Below, piece by piece: positions 56,877 through 64,000 of a stretch of 64,000 nucleotides of DNA (its first letter is position 1; each line of letters starts with the position of its first letter). Origin of the DNA: Thermoplasmata archaeon (GTDB taxonomy: Archaea; Thermoplasmatota; DTKX01; DATEUP01); contig JBGQKI010000008.1 of the NCBI GenBank assembly GCA_041499475.1, forward strand, positions 1,978 to 65,977. Direction: 5' to 3'. The notes beneath the pieces were generated by a model. The model was not told where the DNA came from and did no database searches. It saw only the letters and a program-made list of their open reading frames with translations. The position numbers and the translations under genes are program-made.

Positions 56877-57605
56877 ATGATGGCCCGCGGACACCCCATC
56901 AAGACGTACATCGACGGCCTCGACGAGCGCCTCCACGGCGGCATCCCGTTTGGTAACGCCGTGCTCATCGCGGGCACCTCTGGCACCATGAAGTCGACGC
57001 TTGCCTACTACATCCTTTACCACAACGCCAAGGCCGAGCGCAAGGACGCGATCTATGTCACCTTCGAGCAGTCCAAAGATTCCATCATCCAGCAGATGAA
57101 CGCGCTCGGGCTGCCTTATGACGGCGTCAAGGACTACCTCAACATCCTCGACATGGCCACCATGCGAGGCGAGATCGACGACTTCGGCGTGAAGACAACC
57201 TGGATCCAGATGGCCCAACAAGCGATCAAGGACACCTACGACCGCCACGGCGCCGACCTCATCGCATTCGACTCCCTCGGGATCTTCCAGCTGGTCGCGG
57301 GGCTCGAGCAGCCGCGCGCGCAGCTCTACCAGTTTGTCAAGCGCATCAAGGGGTTCGGCGCCACTTCGTTCTGGATCTCCGAGATGGACGCCGGCTCGCA
57401 GAAATACGGTCGGTGGGACGAGGACTTCCTCATGGACGGCGTGCTCCACGTCACCCAGCAGCACCGCCGCGAAACCGACTTCGAATTCTGGATGCGCATC
57501 GTCAAGATGCGCGGGGTCGCCCACGAGAAGAACTACCTCTCGCTCAACTTCGGGGCCAACGGGTTTTCGGTGGCGAAGATCATCACCGACGAGAAGCTGA
57601 AGTGA
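56877..57605 (+). CDS. KaiC/RecA-superfamily single-domain ATPase
   Basis: Walker A GTSGTMKST. Walker B LIAFDSLG. KaiC-like length (~243 aa). Confidence 0.85.
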   Translation: MMARGHPIKTYIDGLDERLHGGIPFGNAVLIAGTSGTMKSTLAYYILYHNAKAERKDAIYVTFEQSKDSIIQQMNALGLPYDGVKDYLNILDMATMRGEIDDFGVKTTWIQMAQQAIKDTYDRHGADLIAFDSLGIFQLVAGLEQPRAQLYQFVKRIKGFGATSFWISEMDAGSQKYGRWDEDFLMDGVLHVTQQHRRETDFEFWMRIVKMRGVAHEKNYLSLNFGANGFSVAKIITDEKLK

Positions 57606-57614
57606 ACGTGCCCG

Positions 57615-57914
57615 TCATTTGGGCCCTGTCTCGGCTTCGATGCGCCGCGCGAGCGCCACGAGCAACTCCTCGAGCGGCATGTCAAACTCGGGCAGTGGGC
57701 GGAAGTCGGTCCACTCGTCGCGCTGCGGCGCGACGGGATCGCCTCCCCGGAAGAGGTGCAGCATCACGCCCGCGAACGCAATCATGAAAGAGATGTCGTT
57801 CGCGGCCCAGAGGAACGGGAAGTAGTCAAGCGCCCTTCGCCCGTCGAGCAACAGGATCAGCCCTGCCGCCGACCAGACCACGAGCGGCGCAAGGAGCAGG
57901 TGCTTCGGCTTCAC
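57615..57914 (-). CDS. small hypothetical membrane protein (99 aa, 2 TM)
   Basis: Hydrophobic N-terminal helices. Tandem with the next small membrane ORF. Confidence 0.4.
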   Translation of the reverse strand: MKPKHLLLAPLVVWSAAGLILLLDGRRALDYFPFLWAANDISFMIAFAGVMLHLFRGGDPVAPQRDEWTDFRPLPEFDMPLEELLVALARRIEAETGPK

Positions 57915-57974
57915 GGGCCCTTCCGCTCGCCCTTACGGGCGGGGAGGCAAAAAGTCTCGCGCTCGGGAACGGCG

Positions 57975-58187
57975 TCAGCGCACCGTGCCGGGGGCGTTCG
58001 GTTCTTCCGCAGCGTCCGCCATGACCGAGTAGATGAAGGCAAGGCAAATCACCATCACAATTACGGTCATCCCCCACCAGAATGCCGCGAAATAGGCCTC
58101 CCCCAGCGCCGGGTGCATCATGAGGACCGCAAGGAGCACGAAGGCGGCGATTACAGACCCAACAACAAGCGTTACGGAGAGCTTCAT
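57975..58187 (-). CDS. small hypothetical membrane protein (70 aa, 2 TM)
   Basis: Protein-like 3' part of ORF 57975..58472, starting at internal Met 58187 (MKLSVTLVVGSVIAAFVLLAVLMM...). Confidence 0.35.
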   Translation of the reverse strand: MKLSVTLVVGSVIAAFVLLAVLMMHPALGEAYFAAFWWGMTVIVMVICLAFIYSVMADAAEEPNAPGTVR

Positions 58188-58276
58188 AGGAATCGCGGAA
58201 GGGATTTGCGCACGAGGCCCGATAAGCGTTGGGTCGTTACCGTGGAGGCGCGAGTCGAGAGGGTCCGCTCGGGCGG

Positions 58277-59608
58277 TCAGTACCCGTGCGGGTCGATCGG
58301 TCGCGCGAGGTGCCGTCTTGCCGCGATCGGAACCTCGTACCAGCCGACGCGCGGGCCCGGGGGGGGCTGCGCCCGCGTGGCCGCTGCCTTCTCGACCTTC
58401 GCTCCGCACGAACGGCAGCGCAGGGGGCCGTCTCTGCCGGCCGACTTCAATCGGCGCCCGCACTTCGGGCATGGCGGATTGATGGTGCCGCCCTCGCGCG
58501 GGGCCAGCGTGATGATTTCGAGCTTCTCCAGGTTCAACGTCCGGCGGTCTTCGCGGATCGCGCCCACCGCGCGTACGCGGTCGCCCCGCTCGAGGGCCCC
58601 CACGAGTTCGCGGAACCCCTTCGTCGGCTCATAGGCGGCGCATTCGATCGAGGCGCCTTCGCCGTCGGCGATCTTCACCACAACATGGCCTCCCTTCAGC
58701 CGCTTGGGCCGCCCCGAAACCGCGCCTTCCACGCTCACGGTTTGGAGGGGCTGCGCGCCCGCGATCGTGCTTGGCACGATGTGCGCGTCGGTCCCCTGGT
58801 TCGTCTCGAAGAGCAGCCACCCCCCCCACGCCTCGGAGGTCTCGACGCTTGCGGCCGCTTCCCCCAGCCCATCGGCGTCGAAGGCGCGCACTCCGAAGAG
58901 CAGCGGGCAGGGCGTCGAGGGCGCGATCGCCACGTGGCGGTTCACGCGGTCGATATTGTGGTAGGTCGCGGGGAAGGCGCGGTCCATGCGCTCCACCGAA
59001 TCGAAGTTCACCGCGCGCTTGGTGCCCCAGCGGGCCCGCTCGCGGTAGACGATAATTTCGAAGGTGGGCCGGTCGGCCGGCCAAGCCACGGCGGCCGCGG
59101 CACCCACGATCCCACGCCCCGAACCGAGCGCTCTCCACAGCGGCTTCGGCGTGATGGCGTCCAGCGCGGCCCGCACGGTCTCAGGGTCGACAACCCCTGT
59201 CACCGCCGCCGCGTAGAGATGGGGCGGTAGGGGCAACGCGGACAGGAGGTATGCCGGGTCAGTGCCTTCCGCACCGAGGTCGCACCAGGCATCGATCAGT
59301 TTGTCCATCGTCCTGGCATGCTCGGCCCGCGGCGCCGCAGGCTTCGCCGCACCCTCCACCAGGATCTCCGTCCCATCCGGGGCAACGCCCCCAAGCCTCG
59401 CATCCCGGTCCACCGGCTCCCCTAGGTCTAGCGCCAGCGCCGCGTTGCCCCGGGTCTTCCAGGGCACGTTCGGGTTCAGCCGCACCAGCCTCGGCCTTCG
59501 CCTCAGAACCAGCCCGTGTTCCCGGCGGAACGCGCCGGCCGCCTCCAACGCAAAGTGCGTCGTGCAGCCGCCCTTCGGGGAGTCCGTATCATCGATTCCC
59601 ACGAGCAT
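58277..59608 (-). CDS. tiaS: tRNA(Ile2) 2-agmatinylcytidine synthetase TiaS
   Basis: N-terminal MLVGIDDTDSPKGGCTTHF (TiaS kinase-like domain signature). C-terminal Zn ribbon CPKCGRRL...CRSCGAKV. Start at the internal Met of ORF 58277..59965. Confidence 0.85.
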   Translation of the reverse strand: MLVGIDDTDSPKGGCTTHFALEAAGAFRREHGLVLRRRPRLVRLNPNVPWKTRGNAALALDLGEPVDRDARLGGVAPDGTEILVEGAAKPAAPRAEHARTMDKLIDAWCDLGAEGTDPAYLLSALPLPPHLYAAAVTGVVDPETVRAALDAITPKPLWRALGSGRGIVGAAAAVAWPADRPTFEIIVYRERARWGTKRAVNFDSVERMDRAFPATYHNIDRVNRHVAIAPSTPCPLLFGVRAFDADGLGEAAASVETSEAWGGWLLFETNQGTDAHIVPSTIAGAQPLQTVSVEGAVSGRPKRLKGGHVVVKIADGEGASIECAAYEPTKGFRELVGALERGDRVRAVGAIREDRRTLNLEKLEIITLAPREGGTINPPCPKCGRRLKSAGRDGPLRCRSCGAKVEKAAATRAQPPPGPRVGWYEVPIAARRHLARPIDPHGY

Positions 59609-59742
59609 GTGCCGGATTTCCTCCCGCTTTCCCCGAAATTGTCGCTTCGCGGCAAGAACCGCGCACAATTTCGCGCCTTGAAGGAAGGGTATTTGAGAAT
59701 GAGCCTCGCCATGATGGCACGCCGTGTCTGTGCGCCCTAAGG

Positions 59743-59750
59743 AATTAAAT
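59743..59750 (+). promoter_or_regulatory. TATA box (AATTAAAT) upstream of the 59796 gene
   Basis: Divergent intergenic region 59609..59795. Confidence 0.4.
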
Positions 59751-59795
59751 AGTGAAGTACCGGAGAGGGCGCCTGCCCCTCGGGGGAGTTCTTCT

Positions 59796-60203
59796 ATGGC
59801 CGCTTTTCGAATGTCGAAGGAGCACCGGATCCTCACCGTGGAGGACCTCACCCAGGCGATCCTGAATTCGATCGACCGCGAGGACATGGAGCCAGAGGCC
59901 GCCCGCCACATGGCCAACCACGTGCTGAACTTCTTCGGCTTCAACGACACGATCATCGACAACATCCTCGAGCCCGAGGACCGCGACGCCTTCTACATGC
60001 TCGAAGACCTCGGGCTGCTCCAGACCGAGCGCGAGGAGACCACGCTCTACGACGGCCGCGAGTGGCGCATCCACTACTGGATGTTCAAGAAAGACCGCAT
60101 CTACGAGCTCGTCAAGGACGAGGACGAGGACGCGGAAGCGGTCGGCGATGTCGATGTGTACGCCGATGTCCCCGAGGACATCTGGGCGCGGACGCAGCAC
60201 TAG
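59796..60203 (+). CDS. conserved-looking acidic hypothetical protein (135 aa)
   Basis: Protein-like, highly acidic C-terminus. Start at the internal Met preceded by a TATA box. Confidence 0.6.
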   Translation: MAAFRMSKEHRILTVEDLTQAILNSIDREDMEPEAARHMANHVLNFFGFNDTIIDNILEPEDRDAFYMLEDLGLLQTEREETTLYDGREWRIHYWMFKKDRIYELVKDEDEDAEAVGDVDVYADVPEDIWARTQH

Positions 60204-60385
60204 CGGGCGCGCCTTAGGGCCGTTGCCAGGGAGTTCGCCGAGCAGCACGGACTTTGGCGAGGAGGCCCCCCCGGCCCTCTGATCCGTCGCTTGGCGCAGA
60301 AACGGCCCGTTGGACACCGGCATCTGTACAATTCGACAATGTTCCACTCGAAGCGCCACCCTTTAGTGAACGCTCTCTGCCATCC

Positions 60386-60393
60386 TTTGAAAT
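60386..60393 (+). promoter_or_regulatory. TATA box (TTTGAAAT) for the 60414 gene
   Basis: Low-GC patch. Centre 24 nt upstream of ATG 60414 (leaderless). Confidence 0.45.
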
Positions 60394-60413
60394 GCAACCT
60401 CGTTGCGCCCGCG

Positions 60414-61607
60414 ATGCACCGGGTGGGGTTCACCAATCACCGCAGCCCCGCTTCCGGCGACCACACGACCCAAGGCTTCCCGGAACCTCCCGAACCCTCC
60501 CGCCCCTCGAATGCGCGCCTCTCGGACCGCGAACTCACGATCCTCTGCGTGATGTCCGAAAACCCCGCGGCCTCCGACCGCGAACTCTCCACCCTGCTTT
60601 CGCTGCCGGCCTCCACCATCGCGGCGGCCCGGGCCCGCACACGCCGCCTCGGCCTCTGGCGGCCCCGCTTCGAGCTGCACCCCGCGCTTGCGGGGTCCGT
60701 GCCGCGAGCGGTGGCGTGGGGCATCGCCGCAAAGGGAGCGACCTCGGCCGACCTCAACCAGGTCCCCCACACGCTCGCGCGCCTTTCCGCCTCGGGCGTG
60801 TTCGCCTTCCGCGGCGGGATGTACTTCGCGCTCCTTTTGCCCGGCGACTTCAACCGCCTCGCCTCGCTCCAAGCCGCCCTCATGGAACTGCGCGCCGAGG
60901 GCACCCGCGAGTTCCTCCTCAACACTTACGATTCCGTCGAATTTGCCGCGGGGCCTGACGTCCAGCGCGCTTACCACAGGCCCACCGCGCTGCTTGCCAA
61001 ACTCCTCTTACGCCCCGCGTGCCCTCCCCGCACGCTCATCCCCTCCCCCCGGCCCGACGAGCCAGGCCTTGCCTTCACCGACCTTGGAGTCAAGCAGACC
61101 CACGTGCTCATCGAGCTGCTCGCCCACGCTGAGAAAAGTCACTCGGAGATTGGCGGCGCTTACGGCTACTCGACCAACGCCGTCGCCCACATCAAGTCCA
61201 GGCTCGTCCGCGAGCGCGTTCTTCGCCACAGCTTTCACGCGAACCTGCCGCTCCTTGGCTACCCCTACAGCTTGTTCATCGCGCGCGCGCACCGCCCCCT
61301 CCCCCTCCAGGACAACTGGAGGCTCCTGCGCGACGTCGGCGGCCTCACCTCCGCCCCCGTTACCTTCGCCTACTCGCGCACGGCGTCGGCCGCATACTTC
61401 CCCTTCCGCACGCTGGAAGCCGCCCGCGAGGGCGCCACCGTTTACCGGGCGCAGTGCGAGGGCCTCCAGATGCGCAGCGACCCTCACGGGTACGTGACGG
61501 CGGCCGCCCAGACGCGCCGCGTCGGGTATTGCGCCCCGCGCGACCTTGTCTCACAGTCCTTCAAGCAGTTCTTCACCGAGGACAGCGCCGTCGACGGCGC
61601 CCTGTGA
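60414..61607 (+). CDS. putative transcription regulator with two winged-helix domains (TrmB-like arrangement)
   Basis: wHTH 1: LSDRELTILCVMSENPAASDRELSTLLSLPASTIAAARARTRRLGL. wHTH 2: LGVKQTHVLIELLAHAEKSHSEIGGAYGYSTNAVAHIKSRLVRERVL. Start chosen at the Met behind the TATA box rather than the ORF-table start 60291. Confidence 0.55.
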   Translation: MHRVGFTNHRSPASGDHTTQGFPEPPEPSRPSNARLSDRELTILCVMSENPAASDRELSTLLSLPASTIAAARARTRRLGLWRPRFELHPALAGSVPRAVAWGIAAKGATSADLNQVPHTLARLSASGVFAFRGGMYFALLLPGDFNRLASLQAALMELRAEGTREFLLNTYDSVEFAAGPDVQRAYHRPTALLAKLLLRPACPPRTLIPSPRPDEPGLAFTDLGVKQTHVLIELLAHAEKSHSEIGGAYGYSTNAVAHIKSRLVRERVLRHSFHANLPLLGYPYSLFIARAHRPLPLQDNWRLLRDVGGLTSAPVTFAYSRTASAAYFPFRTLEAAREGATVYRAQCEGLQMRSDPHGYVTAAAQTRRVGYCAPRDLVSQSFKQFFTEDSAVDGAL

Positions 61608-61940
61608 GCGGCCCGCCGACCCCGGGTTTCTGCCACGCGCCCTCTGCGGCCGGCAAGCCTCCCTGCAAGAATCCGAACGCTTAACTTGGGGCCGCGGCCG
61701 GGGGCTTAATCTCGCGCACCTTCCCACGGCCGATTCCCGCACTGCGCCCGGTCAACGCCTTGTCGGCCTTTCATTGCGCGGCGGACCGAACGGGACTCGC
61801 GAAGGGCAACCGGGTGGTCGACCGGCTGGTCGACCGGCCGTTTCGAAAAACCCTCGTCGATTGGGGCACGTACGCCCCCCTGCGCGGCCATTCCAGGATT
61901 GCGACCCCCGGACCGGCCGCGCGGGCCCTTCGCTTGCACG

Positions 61941-62630
61941 CTAGAGGGCTGCCACACGCGCAATCCACGCCCGCAGGTTTTTCATCGTGGCCGGGGGCCC
62001 GCGGCCCACCGTCAGGAGCGGCGAGAGCCCCCCGTAGACGCCAAAGTCTGCAGCGCTGGCTTGGCCGAGAATCCAGTCCTTGCCCACGAGCATGGCCTCG
62101 ACCATCGCAAGGTGCACGCGCATCGCGTCCTCGAACTCCTTCTTTCGCGCCACCAACACGTGCCACGGTCCGCGCGCCCGGGTCTGCATCTCTTCAAACA
62201 CCCAGCGCTCCACCTCTCCGCGCAAAAAGGGTGGCACCTCGGTGACCACGGCCCGCCAAACCTGCTCTTCGAGCACCGCGTGGCCCCAGTGCTCGATCAC
62301 CTTGGCAACTCCCTCCTGCCCTGCCGGGTAAAGCGTGGGGCTGGCAACCTTGGCCTCGAGGAACGCCGCGATGTCGGACCAGGGGACGAACGTGCTGCCC
62401 CACAGGAGGGCGGGCACGTAGTCTTGGCCCGTTTCCCGGATGAGCTGCGTTTTGTCGTTGTACGGCGTGTACACCGTCTTGAACGGGATCCCCTTGTAGG
62501 CCAGCATTCGCTCCGCCGAAACGCACCAGTGCGAAATCGGCATCGTGAAGAGGGTGACGGCCCGGGGCACTGCCTTGGGAATCCCAGCCGCCGGTGATAA
62601 CCGTTGCCGTGGGGCCTCGCTAGCGCTCAT
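61941..62630 (-). CDS. glutathione S-transferase-like (thioredoxin-fold N-domain + helical C-domain) protein
   Basis: TLFTMPISHWCVSAERMLAYKGIPFK resembles the GST N-terminal beta-alpha-beta with a Ser/Cys active-site region. C-terminal helical domain. Confidence 0.65.
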   Translation of the reverse strand: MSASEAPRQRLSPAAGIPKAVPRAVTLFTMPISHWCVSAERMLAYKGIPFKTVYTPYNDKTQLIRETGQDYVPALLWGSTFVPWSDIAAFLEAKVASPTLYPAGQEGVAKVIEHWGHAVLEEQVWRAVVTEVPPFLRGEVERWVFEEMQTRARGPWHVLVARKKEFEDAMRVHLAMVEAMLVGKDWILGQASAADFGVYGGLSPLLTVGRGPPATMKNLRAWIARVAAL

Positions 62631-62685
62631 CGCTCGTGGGAAAATGAGGGGCCAGGCTCCCGGCCTGGCCCCAACCGGGCCGCCC

Positions 62686-64000
62686 TTAAGTCGACTGCTT
62701 CCGGCGCGACCAACCAAGGATCAGCACCGCCACCGAAACGCCGAGCACCGCCAGCGCGGCGCCGGCGAGCAGCTCGCCCGAGACGCCGCCGGTGCCGGCC
62801 GTTGTGCGCGCTTGCTGGGGCAGGGTAACCTTGACGGTGGCCTCGGTCGAGCCCACGTTGCCCGCCGCGTCGACCACCGACACGCGGAAGGTGTAGTCGC
62901 CGTTCGTGACCGGCAGGTTCCACCGCACCGAGAACGCGCGCGCAAGCACCGGGAACTCTTGCCCGTTGATGCGCACCTTCGTGATGCCCTCGGCGGTCGA
63001 GCCGTTGACCCACACGAAGGTGTCCGTTACCGTGGTCGGCATCGGGTCGAGTTCGACGGAGGGCGGGGTCACTTTCGCCGTGTAGCTCACGACCTGGGAG
63101 GCCTCGTTGCCGGCCAGGTCCACGACGCGCACGGTGACCGTGTGCACGTTGCCGTCGGGGACGAGGTCGATGAGGCGCTCGAAGCGGTAGGTGACCGGCG
63201 TGCCCACCGGCACGGCCGGAATCGCGTCGACGATCGTGGCGCCGGCGGCGTTCGTGTAGGTGAGGAACACGGTTGCGCCCTGCGCGTTCGTCGAGCCGCG
63301 GATCTCCAACGTGCGCTCGTTGGTGAGCACCACGAGGGTTTCGGGCCGATCAATCGTGAGCGTCGGCGGAGCGGTGTCGCGCACGATCCGCAAGCTCACG
63401 GTGCGGACATTGCCCACCGTGTCCATCGCCTTGATCTCAACCGTGTTGGAGCCCTCGGCAAGGACCATCACGCGGGAGAAGGATAGCCCGGTGAGCGGGA
63501 CAACCTGGCCGCCGACCGTGACGAGCGCGTCCGAGGAGTCCGTCTTGCCCTTCACATCGACGCTGTTTGCCGACACCGGCAGGCCCGCCGCGATGCGAGA
63601 GGCGACCGACGCGTCGAGCTCGAGGGTGATGTCGGGCGCGCGCGTGTCGACGGTGAGGGTGCGGTTGTCGAACGCCGCGTTTCCGGCAGCGTCCTGGGCG
63701 CGGATGACCAACAGGTTTTCCGTCTGGTCGAAGAGGTCCTCGAGCACGAGGTTCGGCAGGAAGAACGCCCCCGTCTGCGGGTCCACCGCGACCGGCGCGC
63801 CGTTCACCGTCACCGTTGAGCCCGGCTCGGCACGCCCCACGACGCTGATCGTCTTGACATTCGTCTTCAGGCCGTCGATCGGAGCGGTGACCTGAATGAA
63901 GGGGCTGTAGCGGTCGAAGGTGATCGACCGGACGATCGTGACCTGGTTGCCGGCGATGTCAGAAGCCGTGATGAACAGGACGTTAAGGCCGTCCTGCAGC
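62686..64000 (-). CDS. surface protein with tandem Ig-like/Big domains and C-terminal TM anchor, 5'-partial (continues beyond window end)
   Basis: Repeated ~90-aa beta-sandwich units (TAPPTLTIDRPE..., VTPPSVELDPMP...). C-terminal TM LLAGAALAVLGVSVAVLILGW + SRRKQST. The reading frame stays open to position 64000. Confidence 0.75.
   Translation of the reverse strand, partial: LQDGLNVLFITASDIAGNQVTIVRSITFDRYSPFIQVTAPIDGLKTNVKTISVVGRAEPGSTVTVNGAPVAVDPQTGAFFLPNLVLEDLFDQTENLLVIRAQDAAGNAAFDNRTLTVDTRAPDITLELDASVASRIAAGLPVSANSVDVKGKTDSSDALVTVGGQVVPLTGLSFSRVMVLAEGSNTVEIKAMDTVGNVRTVSLRIVRDTAPPTLTIDRPETLVVLTNERTLEIRGSTNAQGATVFLTYTNAAGATIVDAIPAVPVGTPVTYRFERLIDLVPDGNVHTVTVRVVDLAGNEASQVVSYTAKVTPPSVELDPMPTTVTDTFVWVNGSTAEGITKVRINGQEFPVLARAFSVRWNLPVTNGDYTFRVSVVDAAGNVGSTEATVKVTLPQQARTTAGTGGVSGELLAGAALAVLGVSVAVLILGWSRRKQST

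Noticed and set aside
1-64000. CRISPR arrays, rRNA and tRNA genes
   Set aside because: No regularly spaced short direct repeats, no rRNA-like conserved stretches and no convincing tRNA cloverleaves were seen by eye. A dedicated tRNA or CRISPR scan would be needed to be sure.

Overview
This 64 kb window is a high-GC (~70%) archaeal chromosomal segment. Family-B DNA polymerase, PolD large subunit DP2, TiaS, CTP-type riboflavin kinase, RpoL, TruD, NadX, archaeal GMP synthase subunit B and Nog1-like and Ygr210-like GTPases all point to a euryarchaeal-type, probably uncultivated, lineage. Housekeeping genes are interleaved with an unusually dense set of giant type-I membrane or secreted surface proteins carrying FG-GAP/VCBS, CARDB-like, PKD, BNR, gingipain-like C25 and Ig-like domains, each with a C-terminal TM anchor. 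Two regions stand out. (1) An accessory island at ~11.7-16.8 kb: the 3' end of the Ygr210-like GTPase gene is present in three same-orientation copies (one intact gene plus two decayed fragments). The copies are separated by cargo: a RelE/RHH toxin-antitoxin pair, a second ParE-like toxin with a winged-helix partner, and a 932-aa wHTH-NB-ARC-TPR STAND NTPase. No integrase is visible. (2) A ~1,219-aa protein with a cleavable signal peptide, a ~1,000-aa ectodomain, a single TM helix and two C-terminal cytoplasmic winged-helix DNA-binding domains, i.e. a membrane-tethered one-component transcription factor. It is immediately followed by a single-domain KaiC/RecA-like ATPase. A 7x tandem ~46-aa repeat (probable seven-bladed beta-propeller) surface protein is separated from its own signal peptide by an apparent 1-nt frameshift. 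Because of the high GC content, many long antisense ORFs in the supplied track are artifacts, and gene starts are often ambiguous (GTG starts are used).
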